DNA from: Lama glama
Taxonomy: Eukaryota
Reading direction: 5' to 3'
Assembly (NCBI GenBank): GCA_028534125.1
Contig: CM052816.1
Span: 43,588,001-43,652,000, forward strand
DNA length: 64,000 nt
Position numbers and translations under genes: made by a program. Shown piece after piece: positions 49,721-62,984 of this stretch. Every line of letters begins with the position of its first letter. Position 1 is the stretch's first letter. The notes beneath the pieces were generated by a model, which was not told the DNA's origin, did no database searches, and saw only the letters and a program-made list of their open reading frames with translations.

Positions 49721-51731
49721 AAAATCATGTCTCTGTTGCCCTCTCCATACTTATCAAGATATGTCTTTTGCATCATTAAAAATCTCTGCTTCTTGGATGA
49801 AAAAAATCAGAGCGAAGACTATTAGTCCTCACAGCATCTCCAAGAAAGAAGTGACGAGTGGGAAGCTCTATCTCATTTTGCAAACAGGAAATTTAGGCAT
49901 GTGGAGATGAAATCACCCAGTGCTGTGCCAGGATTCTTTTTTTGGTTTTCCGATTCCTAGTTTTGTGTTCTATCTACCAAAAAGTGGTATTTGTCTATGA
50001 AGTGCAGCTGATGGTTTGCTTAATTTTCCCCAGAACAAAGTTAAAAAACATAACAATTAAATTAAATCACCCAAGAGGGACGCCTTCTTCCATTGTAAAG
50101 TTTTGAGGGAACAAACTTTGGGGGAAACTTTTTTCCCCTGGAGTATAGTGCTTTCTTCTCTTTCAGCAGAATATATTGTGTCTGATGGAGCAAAAAATTG
50201 TTTTTAAGAAACCTTGCACCAATCTGTCTGCCCCAGCTCAGACACATGCTCGCACAGAAAATTAAATTCACAGAAATGAGAGAAAATCAAGAGACTCAAA
50301 GGAGCATGTCTTCTGTTTCCCAGAATCATTCTCTAGTGTATTTAGTGGCCTGTTGGGTGACAGGGTGATGAGGGGAAAGAACTGGTTGAATGCAACTAAT
50401 TTTTCATGTCTTTTTGCTTATTTCATCAAAGCACTGTGGAAAAGTAAGCATGATGCACATTTTACCTACATGGCTTTAATCTGTAAGCAGCTTTATGAGA
50501 ACGTAGACAGTTGAAACAGTTTTGTTTTTTTTTTCCAGCTCGAGTTTCATTACTACCATTTGCTTCATTAGCAGCAGTAACTCCTTGGGTGTGAAGCTTG
50601 CTTGAAATGGTTACTACTTAGGGAAAGTGGAGGGAGATGAAGAAATAAAAGAAGAGGCTTGAGGAACAGTGCCACTGAAACACATTCACTGGAGAGAAAC
50701 GCGACTGGATGGTCCTTCTGGCCATGTTAACTGTTTTTCTTTAAGTTTTTTGACATTTGGTTTATATTCTATTATTTCCTAAATAATCATCTTTAAATCT
50801 CCTTACAGTCATCTGTTATACAGATACTCATTCGACCATGCCTTAGACAGAATTTTTACACACATAAAAATGTGTTTTGAGTTTGTTTTTGCCTCATAGT
50901 GACTTCCCAATTTTGTAGCCTCCTTTCGTCTCCTATCTCTCTAAACTTCATTTGCCAATAAAAATAAGCATTTGAATACTTGGTTCTCAGCTTTGTAAAA
51001 AGAGGGACTCTGGCATGTCTTGTAAACGATGTACTTAGTAAGTGTTAGGCGAGGCTGATGAAAACGGTCCCACAGATGCTGACCTTTCCTGGTAATCTCT
51101 GTTCCTTGGAATGATTGTATTTGCCTCAGTGACTCAAAAAAAAAAAAAAATCCAAAAAACTCCTTTTCCTGAAATCTCAAGAAGGGATCAGACACTTTCC
51201 AGATTTTGTCATTTTCTCCTCCTGAACATGAGTTTGACTGATAAACCAGAAGCCGAGTCCCTTCGGTCACTGAGCACAGTCGTGAAGCTGCACACGAACT
51301 GGCAATTAAAACTCGCCAACTCCTCAACGCGGCTCAGATTCTTCCCCCCGATCTCTTCTCACCTCTATTCTCAGAGTGGCTGGTTTGTTATGAAACTAAT
51401 TCTTTTCTAGGCCAAGTTTCCTTTGAACAGGGTGCAAAGGCATATGATCCTGTGGATTAGAAGTGGGTTGTCATCAAAATGATCCAGCTCTGTTCTCCTC
51501 TGTTCCTTTCTTGGAAGGGCTGAGAACAGACTTGCGAAGAGAAAAACTTGTTGGCGTTTGGGAGCTGCCAGGTTTTCGAGAGCCCAATTATGTCTTTTTT
51601 GAACTAGCATTTCTTTAATAGAGTTTAATTTAAAAATGTTTTTTTCTTTTCATTTTTGACATTTCTGGTAGTTTTTAATTTGAAAGGATGAGGCTGTGTT
51701 TACTCATGGGGAAAGTAGAAGCAGACTGTGG

Positions 51732-51742
51732 ATGAGTCAGCA
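51732..51742 (+). promoter_or_regulatory. Consensus ARE/MARE (NRF2/BACH1/NFE2-sMaf) site with embedded AP-1
   Basis: ATGAGTCAGCA matches RTGASTCAGCA exactly. Motif match only, function unknown. Confidence 0.4.
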
Positions 51743-52799
51743 GGGTCAGCTGGCTGATCGTGATGTACCTGGCGTGGCCGTCCAACAGCCCTCTATACTC
51801 CAAACAGTGCCCTTTGAACTGACCTTTTCCCTAAAATCCCCCCATCGCTTGTGCCTTTGCTTTAAATCCTTGTAGTTCCACTAGACTACTCTTTCTGTCT
51901 GCAGTTCAGCATCTATTCCATCGATTGCACGAAACAGATGTCCACAGGTTTCCTATGAAAATCCACCGGCTCCTCTTGGGAGGAGTTGATTCCACCCGAG
52001 TTTGAGGAATGTGCCAGAAAGTCTAGTCCAGTCTCCCCACCAGGGATGCTGGTTCAGGTACGGACACATAGCTCTATTGAAGAGATGGTAAGAGACCTCT
52101 GCTGGATTCAATTTTTTTTTTTCCCTGAGAGAAACCTTTTGTTTTTCATAAGGTCCATTAGTCTTTATCTTTATTCCATGGGAGTTGTTGGTGGGTGGAT
52201 ATGGGGTATGTGACCCCAACCTTCATTTTCCATGATAAGTCTAGACCTGGGAAGACCACTGTGAATGGAGCACGTGTGGAGCTGGACGTGTGGAAGGCAG
52301 AATACAGACGGCAGGGAATGGGGCCCTTGGTAGCATCCCTTCAACACTGGACTGAATGCAGTGCTGCCTCGCATACACTTGCAACTTTCGGTCATAGGAT
52401 TATCATCTATTGGATTTAATCATAAATACTACTACCTTTTCAGCTCCAGAGAGTGTGTGGGGTGAGCTGACGCTGCCAGGCCTGCATCACAGCTTGCCCT
52501 CTCTCTCCGACCCCATCCTGCTTCTGCTCTTCCACAGGGGTTGGTCTGAGGAAATTTCATCTCAGGGTCTTCTTCCTGGGGAACCTGAACCGTGACAGAG
52601 GTAGCTCATTTTGGACAGACTGATTTTCCATGGCCTCACCACAGAATGAAACAAAACACAGCAAACTTATTATACTTCAATTTTGTACAGTTCTGCGAAT
52701 TCATCTGTTAGGTTTTGCTCCAAGAGCCAACAGTCAACTTACGAGATCGAGTTAGCCCAGAAAAAGGTAGGAGGGAAGGAAAGTCAAGAAGACCACTAT

Positions 52800-54037
52800 A
52801 TTTTATTTTTGACATATGTATATACTCATGAAACCGTCATGATGATCAAGATAATTTAAGTATTCTTCATTCCCCCAAAGATTCCTCATGATCCTTTGTA
52901 ATTCCTCCCTTCTGCCCCCTCCCCCTTCCCCATGCAATCACTGATCTGCTTTCTGTCACTATAGATTTTTTGCATTGTTTAGAATTTTACGGAAATGGAA
53001 TCATGAAGCATGTGCTCTTTGGTTTGCCTTTTTCACTCAGAATAATTATTTTGAGATTCATGCATGTTGCGCACATCAACACTTCATTCCTGGGTAGTTC
53101 TCCATCATATGCATATGCAATAACTTGCTTATTCATTCACTTTTGATGGACACTTGGGTGTTTTCAGTTTTGGGCTATTATACATAAGGCTACTATGAGC
53201 ATTTAGGTACAAGTCTTTGTATAGGCATATGCTTTCATTTCTCTTGGCCAAATACTTAGGGATGGAATGGCTGGATCATATGGTAGGTGTATGTTTAACT
53301 TTGTAAGAAACTGCCAAATTGTTTTCCAAAGTGGTTATGTCATTTTACATCTTCATCGGCAGTGTATAAGAGCTCCAGTCCCTCTAATCCTTGCCAATTC
53401 TTGTGTGTCTTTTAAAATTTTAGCCACTCTATAGGTATATAGTATTAACTCATTGTGGTTTTTAATTTTAATTTTTAATTAGGCCCTTCTCTAATGACCA
53501 ATGATGTTGAGCATCTTTTCATATGATTACTTGCCATCCGCATAGCTCCTTTGTTGAAGTCTGTTCAGATAATTTGTTGATCATTTAGTTGGGTTATTTT
53601 TTATTAAATTTTAAAGGTTTTTTTTTTAAATAACATATTCTATATACAAGTACTCCATCAGATATATGCTGTAAAAATATTTTCTTCCAGTCTGTGGCTT
53701 GTCTTTCCACTCTCTTCTCATAATACTGTCTTTCAAAGAGCAGAAGTTTTTAATTTTGATTAGGTCCAGTTTTTCAATTCTTTATTTAAAGAATTGTGCT
53801 TTTGGTGTTCTAGCTAAGAAATTTTTGCATAACCCAAGGCCACAAAGATTTTCTCCTATGTTTTCTTCTAGAAGTTTTATAGTTTTAGGTTTTACATTTC
53901 GGTCTATATCCATTCATTTTTAATTTTTTATATGATCCATTTTGAGTTAATTTACATATATGGTGAACGATATGGATTAAAATTGTGTGGGGTTTTTTTG
54001 CATATGGATATTCAAGTGTTCCAGCACCATGTGTTGA
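52800..54037 (-). mobile_element. Old LINE-1 3' portion, L1MD-like
   Basis: CACTGATCTGCTTTCTGTCACTATAGA...GATGGACACTTGGG...GGCTGGATCATATGGTAGGTG...AATGATGTTGAGCATCTTTTC...AGATTTTCTCCTATGTTTTCTTCTAGAAG. Confidence 0.88.
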
Positions 54038-54076
54038 GATCGCTCATCTAATTTTAAAATATGGAGCACATAATTC

Positions 54077-54227
54077 CAGTGTGGTCCATGGACTATCTCA
54101 GCATAATCACTCCTGGTGCTTGTTAAAAATGCAAATTCCTAGGTCTCACACCAGCTCTCTTGAATTAAAATCTGACGACAAGTACCCTTGGCGATTCTTG
54201 TGGATGCTAAACTTTGGGAACAACTGG
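54077..54227 (+). mobile_element. MER5-family hAT MITE with internal deletion
   Basis: AGTGTGGTCC...CTTGTTAAAAATGCAAATTCCTAGG...GATTCT...GCTAAACTTTGGGAACAACTG. Confidence 0.7.
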
Positions 54228-54349
54228 CATCATGCCATTATTATTCATTAATACTGCAAATCAGTACTGTCTCCATCAGAGTCCAGGATGGATATAATTT
54301 AGAAAAAGTAAGTCCCTATAGGATAGAAATAAACCAGAACAGTTTGTTT

Positions 54350-55070
54350 TTTCTTTTTGATACAGAAGATGTTAAACATATACAAAAGTACGTCAAATGG
54401 TATAATGAATTTCCATGTACTCACCACTCAATTTTAGCAATAATCAATGTTAGACATTGCTTTTTAAAACAAGAAGAAAATATAGGTGAAATTTTGCTAT
54501 GTGGAGAAAAACTTCCAAGCTTAAAAAGCAATGGGGAAAAATCAAAAGTAGACAAAAATAGAATGAGCAAACATAAAAAAAAAAATCAAAGATCACTATG
54601 TTTGCCATCACAGATAGTAAAAACCTCTGTACATCAAAAAATCTTGTGGTGACAAAGACACACATAATCTGGGAAATCTTTTTCACTAGAACAGGTGATA
54701 AATTTTTAATCTATAAAGACATATAAAATGATTTTAAAAAGACTGAGAAACTCACTAAGTGATAAATGGATAAAAGGGCAAAGGATATAAAAGATACTAT
54801 TGAGATAATATTGAGAGGATGTTATGCAGCCAGTAAGACGATCTTTAAAAATAATTTTTATTGCAATGGGGAAATGCTTATGATATAGTGAAAAAAGAAT
54901 TACATATAACTGTGTATTACACATATCTTGAATACAGAATTACATATTTTTTATATCCTCATGTATTTAAAACAAGGCTCAGGAGAAAAATGAGAGCAAG
55001 TGTGCTTCTGGATGTTATTTTCTAAGTTAACTCCAATGAACATGTATGTATTGCTGATGTAATCAGAAAA
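54350..55070. mobile_element. Degenerate old L1 (L1MC/ME) fragments
   Basis: AACATATACAAAAGTA...TATAATGAATTTCCATGTACTCACCACTC, then A-rich ACAGGTGATAAATTTTTAATCTATAAAG and CCAATGAACATGTATGTATT. This accounts for ORF 54188-54652. Confidence 0.5.
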
Positions 55071-57224
55071 AGGGGGGAAAAAGTCTATTTTTCAAGAAAG
55101 GAATACTTCCTTGGCAAAGTCAAAGATTGGCGCAGATTCAAAGATGGGGCAAAAAAGAGGCACAGGGACGGATAAAGACAGGTTTTGTGCAGCATTGCCT
55201 TAAATGAAAAGGTAGAGGTAACAGATTCCTCCTTTGCAAATCTTACCAGTGGATGAAGACTGCTGTACTTGGGTGCAGACTTCTGGGACTGACAGAGGTG
55301 GACAGATTGTAATGGTCATGTAGATGTCCCTGCTCAAAACCATGGAGTACCTTTTCTTGACTCCAGGAGAGGGGCAGGAAGGAAAGAAGTTAAAGCCATA
55401 ATAGCCCATTCATCCGCTGGGTGACTGTGGACAAGTAGAAATGTCTGTTTGTTCATAGACTCTGAAGTGTTACTTTGTAGCATTCTTCTTCTACAGTTCA
55501 GAAACTAAATCTAAAATATTTCTCTACATTGGAAACCCACTCATTTCTTCTGGCTTTATACTTCTGAACTGGAACTGAACTCTGGCACTTTAGTTCACAT
55601 GATGTTAGAACAATATAACTTTGTTTTGAAAAAGAGTGGCTTTAAAAGTCTTATAAATGAGTCCTGCCTGTTCTTGGAAATCAAGTAGCACTTGTAAACT
55701 CCAGGGCCTAAATATTGTGTAATTGTGAATAAATAATGTTAAAGAGGCAGAAATGTACTGCTTATATATCCCAGATTATATAAAGCTTCAGAAATAATAA
55801 AAATGTATTTGTCCCTTTAAAATTCTAGTATAGGAATTTGCATCAAGAATTACAAAAAAGGTTATTAAAAGATACAAATTATGGTTCAGGATAATATATT
55901 TATTAATCAATGGAGTAAATTAGAAAGTCAAGTAAAGCTAGTGAGATCTCCAAAGTACTACAAAGTTTACTGGAAAAAATTTTTACATACTTACTCTTTA
56001 GATGGTTCTATAATTTGATAGCTCCAGGTAGTACACACGAACATTTTCATGCAGTCTTCTTCTGGGATCAGCACTAAAATAACTATCATCAAAACAACCA
56101 CTGAGTATCCAAAGTATGCAGAACGTACCTCATAAAGCGAAATAAATTTGTGTAAAAATGTTTTTCTCAGGCTTGTCAGGAAAATAAAGCAGAGTGATAA
56201 TGAAGTATAAAAACGGGGCAACTTCTCTAAAATAGCAACACAGGACACCCTAAGGAGTTTAAAAAATAGATATAAGGATTGATCCAAGTTATTTTCACTC
56301 TATTTGTGGAGTCTCTTTTTAAAACTAAGAATTGAAATATATAGTATGCTGATTATAATTCTCCTTAAGGGAAAAACAGAAACTGAAAATCTGAAAAAAA
56401 GAACAACATCAGACAATTATTGCATGTTTCATTGCTTTATATGCTAAAATACATACTATTATGTTTCTCTGACATGAAATACTTACACATTAGTTTTATT
56501 TACTTATATGATAAGTGTGAAGTGTGCTAAAAAGTGGAAATGAAAATAAAAGGTAGAATTATCGATAGAACATTGAGCTCTGGACCTCACTGTACCTACA
56601 AAAGTGATATCACAGCCAAATTTTCAGACGTGAGGGTTTTAACTTTTTCATACACGTTCCACTTAACTGTTTGACAGTTCGATAATAAGCACCATATATT
56701 AAGTATCACAAACGTGTAAGGCATAGTCGGCAATGCTCTTTCTGCCTTTGTGGAGGAGGGTTGTCAGGAGGATATGTAAATAACATTTTGAAACTGTTGT
56801 GAAGGTGTACTTATCAAGATGAGTTAGATTTTCACACTTAGCTGGCCAGATCCAGGATATTTGACTTAAGTAAATTCTGTGCTGTCTCAGATTCTGTACT
56901 AGCATGAGCATTATGGCTGAAAACACTGCATTTGATATTCCAGGGAACGCTGGCCAGTTAGCAACACGTGAGCCATTATTTTAGAAAATAGGAACAGTTC
57001 TGTCCCAATAAGATTGACTTACCTGTTTCTTTAGGCTTGAAAGTTATATGGCCTCATATGTGTTTATTCTCTTAATGAATTCCAAAGTTACTGCTCCTGA
57101 ATCTGTTTTTGGAGATGGTCCACAGAGGAATGCAATTCCCAAACTTCAACCATGCTATTCCTCAAAGAAACACTTCCTGGACTCAGTTAAAAATTACTAC
57201 CTTTTATTTAAAATCAGGAACCAT

Positions 57225-57500
57225 CTACTGAATGCTAACTTCATGTCAAGTGCTGTATTAAGCACTGGAATTAAAAAAAAAGTATAGTATGGTTTCCATT
57301 CATCGATGCACTGTTTTATATTTGGCAGTGTGCAAATACAGTATCCTATTTCATCCTCACTGGAACTTCACAAGGTAGATATGATTTTCCCCATTTTACA
57401 GGTGATAAAACTGCAACAGAAATGTCACTTACCCAGGATCACACTTTTAGTAGAGCCAAGACAGAACCCAGTGATTTTTGAGCTCCTGGTTCTATTCTTT
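57225..57500 (-). mobile_element. L2 end and MIR fragment
   Basis: ATCTACTGAATGCTAACTTCATGTCAAG and CCCCATTTTACAGGTGATAAAACTG...ACTTACCCAGGATCACAC. Confidence 0.65.
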
Positions 57501-58261
57501 TATTCAATAGCAGGTTTTCCTACTGTTTCTCTGTCAAGATAAACCGTGCAAATATTTTAATGCAGAAATCCCTCTAGCCCAAAGTAAGAATTTCAATACC
57601 TTGCCTAAATTTCACTCACCATATCAATATCATAGGAGGAGGAAATTATTCAATTCAAGCGAAAGAAAATTCATGCACCTGTGGATTTCATCTTTTGTGG
57701 CAGATGAATCGGTGAGGTTGGATTTGATTTACTCCATGACTAAACTCTAGAATTGGGATTTAAAATGGATGTGTAATCTCACTCAGATTCCGTTTCTCCT
57801 GCAATGCTACCTAATGGTTATGCAAGTCTCAGAAATGTATTTAAAGTAATAACATGCCCTTTTATCCAATAACATCAAACTGAGATCTTTTGTGTTCACT
57901 TTTGCTAGACCTCTAACCTTTAAAGGTGAGTCAGGCAGCTGCAGAAAACCTGATCTTATTTTCTGCCCCTGGCAAGACTTTTTCAAGTTCATCTTTTTCC
58001 CTTCTCTCAAAATCTGATGAAAAATGAAATGTCAGGAAAACAAGTTCTCGGGCTAAGAAACTTGTGTCTGTCTCTGTGACAGATGTCAGTTTGAAAGGTT
58101 TCAGGTCACCTGTCAGAAGTGTGCCAGTGTGATCTGCACTCACACCGACTTGACCTCACACCAACACTGAGTTATGCTTTTAAAAATATCCTTGGAAAAG
58201 AATTAAATGATTTGAAGTCATTGCCTTTTCCTCTATCTGTTAACTCTGATTAATGAGACAA

Positions 58262-58291
58262 AGGAAGGAGAGAGAGAAAGAGAGAGAGAGA
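58262..58291. repeat. Short imperfect (GA)n tract
   Basis: AGGAAGGAGAGAGAGAAAGAGAGAGAGAGA. Confidence 0.85.
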
Positions 58292-59298
58292 CTTTTAAAA
58301 GGACAGTTTGACCTTTGGGTGCCCCTGGCAGTGAACCAATCAGCATTCTTGTAATCCAAACACAGATGCCTGGAGCTAAACAAATCCTATACTTGTGAAC
58401 AAGAATTCAGTTTGCTGTCAAAATATAGCGTGGATCAGCACAGTGCTTCTTTCAACAAAATATCATGAATTAAAGTTTGAATGTTTGTGATTAATAGAGA
58501 AGAGTAATAGTGAGCAACATAACAGCTCATTGGTGGCTCAATTTAGTAACAAATATTTCATTAAAAAATCATGTGTTCTGAAGTCCTGTATTCTAAGTCC
58601 ACATCCTGGTTGTAACTCCCTAATATTTTATGCCAGAAACACCACTGATGTTATAGTACAAGTCAGTAGTTAGTAATGACTAATTGATGGGGTTGAAGTC
58701 TGTTCTTTTTCTGGGTTGGTTACACAACATTTGAATTATTTATCACAGTGATTTACAAAAATGTTTCCTTTTTTTCATCAACCTTTACCATAGCCCAGGA
58801 AACTTAAGGACTGGGGGAAAAAAAGATGGATTTTTTTTTTCACCAGTTTGGGAGGACTCAGGGCTTTGCTGTGTAGCCAAGAAGATAAAAGATGATAGCT
58901 CCAAAAGCACGTTTGTCAAATCTACCATCCTAAACAAGAGGACAGATCAGAAGAAATGAGGAAGTCCGTGTAATATAACCCCAAAAATTTTAATAGCACT
59001 ACAGAGATGTTGGTTTTTTTTTTTTCCCTTTGCTTGACTGTTAAGTATACAGTACTTCCTTTCTTTCAAGTGAGCCCACCCTTGAGTGAAATACAAGTGA
59101 ATTTACTGGAGATGTGCTCACTGTGTCCATGTTTGGAACAACATTATTTTTGTGTATGGAAACCTTGTGGGGAAAGAGAATATACTGTACTGGAATGCAA
59201 TTAGTTAGTTTGAAATAAAGGTGAAAAGCTGCTATTCTCAGCAGTGATTGGTATAATATCTGTGACTTTTCTTTCCCTTCCACAGCTATGTTTTAGAC

Positions 59299-59455
59299 CA
59301 GTGCTTCTTAGACTTAATATGCCCTTGACTCTCCTAGATCTTGTTAATAGGAAGTAGCGATGCATTAGGTTGAGGTGGGGCTTGAGCATCAGTTCCTGGC
59401 AGATTCCCAGGTGATGCAGATCCAGCCGAGCCTGGACCTCACACTGAGCGCATGT
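59299..59455 (-). mobile_element. MER5A-family MITE, degenerate
   Basis: CAGTGCTTCTTAGACTT...GGTGGGGCTTGAG...TTCCCAGGTGATGCAGAT...GGACCTCACACTGAG. Confidence 0.65.
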
Positions 59456-62400
59456 TTTAGACTCTTCTCAGTTCTACTCAAGAGTGTGTGTCAAATACCT
59501 CAAGTTTCCCAAGTTCAAGTGGCTTACCTTAATTTTAAAAAAATCCCTTTTCTGACATATTTTTTCCTGTGTTTGTGATCTTTTTCTATATGCCTGTGAC
59601 TTGGTCTCTTTTTGGGAATTTCACATTTCAATGTAACAGTAGCCATATCATCTCAGAGTGACCCTACTGTATTACTAAAATAAAGTACAGTATAAAGATG
59701 TTTAACAGTGTCAGGTTTTCTCAACCCTGCTCTCAAATCATTAGTCTTCCTCTAGATCATGGAATTATTAAGAGTGTTTTGCAATCTACTAGGTAGTTCC
59801 ATTAACACTGACTGACATCTCTTCCTTGCTATCTGACAGTTAGACTGTCCATAATCAAAAGGTTGAAAGTCTCTATAAGAATGCACTCGAACTAAGAAGC
59901 ACCCAGAGGAAAAACAGTTAAAAACAAGAGTAGTCGGAATTGTCAGCAGTGTTTAGACCCAGATAACCACAAACATCCTGGAAGTTACTTAACCATGTCT
60001 GATTTCCCAGTGAGTCATGTTTACATCTCTAGATGTTAGTTTACTTTCCCTTCATTTTTTTTTTTTCTTGATCACTCAAGCAGTGGAAAACGGAAACGAA
60101 ATCTTCCATGGCAATTAAAGTGCCAATACTTGTGCGAGCTATGGGTTCCTGCTACTGATAGGGAGGTACCTGGCCATCAGTCAAACAAAGCTATACCAAT
60201 TTTCTCATGCTCATTACATATTTATAACATGGGCAGGCTGGTGACATGCAGCTCCTTAAGCAGGAAACCAAGACCCAATAAGAGCATGCCAGATTTAGCT
60301 TTACCAAGATACAATGCACCATATTTAATGCTCAATTTTCATTCTGTGTGTGTTAGATATTCACACGATTGCTGAGATTTTCATACCAGTGTCTTCAAAC
60401 TTGTGTATTCCACTACAGGTTATTTTTATCCTTGGTAAAGACTCTTACTCTCTTTTTCTGCCAAATACTAAGATCATTTAAACAAGTGAGAAATATTTGC
60501 TATTTTTCTCAAAAGGCACAAAGTGTCTTCTGTACAGAGGGTGTAGCTCAGTGCTACCTTGTCTTAGAAGAGCCAGATGTGAAGTGGTGGCCCATCATCT
60601 GGAGGCATAGTATATAAGTCTTTGTATCATGTGTTGGTACATCCTATCAACTTTTTTTCTGGCATGTATTCCATTCTAAACCTCTGTAAAATTTCTATTG
60701 TTCCTGTAAATATTATATAAATATCTATTCCATGATAACCTTAATTATCAGCATAAAATGGTTAATTTTTACTAAGCACAATGTATTTTTGAATGGCTCT
60801 TCCCAAATGTCTTTAATAAAATGTGGATTTTGCACTGAAAAAAATTGGTGAAATGTTATAGTTAAGGCTTATTGCAACAAAAGTGACTTTAAGGTTTTAT
60901 AGATTATTTTTTTAAAGAAACTTACAAAAGATACCATTTAAAAATTAGTCATCACTGTCATAGACGTTCTGTGTACTTTTATAATTGCATCACGACAAAG
61001 GAACACAAAGAGGCTAACTAGTAACAATACTGCCCCGAAAGTCTTCTTGAAACTATTAGATTCGTCAAGATACTCATTTGAAACCGTGTTAGGAGATTTT
61101 TTTTTTGTTAAAAGAAACAGATCAAACAGTTTAATGGCAGAGGAGAAACAACCAACAGAAAAGGACTACTGGATCCTACTTTTATGAAAGCCTTTATTTC
61201 ACACGGCCAACTTCTTCTGGTGTGTCAGCCAGTCAACTGTGAGGACATGATTATAGATGAGGACCAGAAACAGAGATCCATTATTGCTCTCACATAGACT
61301 CTCAATGATGACTCTGAATAAACCTTTCCCTGTAAGGAGAAGGCTTCAACCTTTTTGATGACTGTTAGTGGAGGGAAAAAATGGGGGCTCTAACACTTGT
61401 GAAAACAGATTTTTCTGGTGGAAATTAATAATTCTGAGCAGTACTAAAATTAATTACTCTGCGGTTATAAGTAGGCAACGGATTTATGGTAAATGACAGA
61501 GTGTTTGCAAATTTCCCTGACTACTCGATTAGAAAATGCACAAGTGGAGGCGTCAGCCGAGCATGCATTATTTAAGTGGTTGGTGTCTGGCGACAATCTG
61601 GAAACTGCAATTGTTGTGGTTGCCGTAGGAAAATTCGCACTTTCTGAGAGAAATTCTTTCACCTTTGTGTGCCCACAGCATGGATCTCTCCTCGTGGCAG
61701 CTGTAGGAGACACAGGGACTCCGTGACCTGGAAAATGTGGGACAACTGCCACAAGGTGACCCTGGAAGGCTGGGGTAGGCCCAATTAATTTAAAATTTTG
61801 CTTGGCCTTGTCTCTTCCAATTTTCTAAATCCTCTGGAAAAATGATTAATGCGTACACTGCCAATGCGAAAATATTTTTGACCCTATTAAAGTCGACCAA
61901 GGGTAAACCAAGTGTAGGCTGGCATTGTATCAAACTAGCTTTATTAAATTTGATTGGAGGTTTGTATGAGGAAGGGACAGACAAGGACATGATTTTGCAC
62001 AGCGGCTCTCTTTTAAATGAAAATATCAAGAGGAATACAAAGTAGCAATATGCCCTGGACAGGAATCATTTTAAATATAGGAAAATACCATGAAGAACTT
62101 TGTTTAAAGGGTAAACTGTATTTGCTAGGAAATTTTCTGCTGTCTTATTGCTATGCCAGTCAGTTACCAACAAGGGTGTTTTAATTTATGGAAGGCTTAT
62201 GGAAGCCTTATATATATTTTTTCACTTACAGATGAGCTAGTTCAACCTTGCTTTCTTTCTCTTATCTGTCATTGAATTCTACAAGTTAAATTTATCTGTC
62301 TGCATTTTGAACCTTAGCAGAATGTTTTCCCAAGGAATCCATCCTGTGCAATCATTTAATTAATTAATAGTTAAAATTTTTTTCTAATTGTTATGAATAA

Positions 62401-62984
62401 AAATGTTTTGAAGAAAAATGGTACAATTCAGGCACAATTGCAAAGAATAGAATCTCTTATAAGCATTTCTTCATTCTCCAAAAAAGAGAAAATCCATTTA
62501 ATTGTCATAAAATACAGTGTATACATAAGTTAATTTAGGAGTCAACATCCAGATTTCATATGTAATAGAATCACTTTGAATCTTAGAGTATTCTCAAACC
62601 TAGGAGATACTTAGCCACATGACAATGATCATAAAGCATATATTTTACCCATTCGTCATATGGAAAGTATAACAATTTTCTTTATGGCAGAGGTGGGTCT
62701 TAATAACTTAGGGATAACTAGCACATAGGAAATACTTATTGATTGAGTGGATTGCAGAAATTGCCTGTGACCATCTATCAAAGGGGAGACTAAAGTTACA
62801 GCTGGAATGACAGTTTAGGGGGTGGAAATAGCCCAGTGAAAGTTCTAAAATAAACTAGTTATTTTGGTCTAGTGAGCATGGTTGTGGAGAATAGGTAGTC
62901 ATAGGATACAAAAAAATCCTGGGTATCTTAGTTTCGCCTCCGGTTTTTTTTAACTAAAAACTTTTCGCCCATGTTCCCTGGCTT

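Noticed and set aside
21016..51160. Isolated poly(A)/poly(T) runs (e.g. ~21017, ~39727, ~51136) as further retrocopy tails
   Set aside because: I found no convincing flanking TSD or poly(A) signal for any of them.
9670..60020. Scattered AP-1 sites (TGASTCA) as evidence of an enhancer cluster
   Set aside because: About 8 are expected by chance in 64 kb, similar to the number I noticed.
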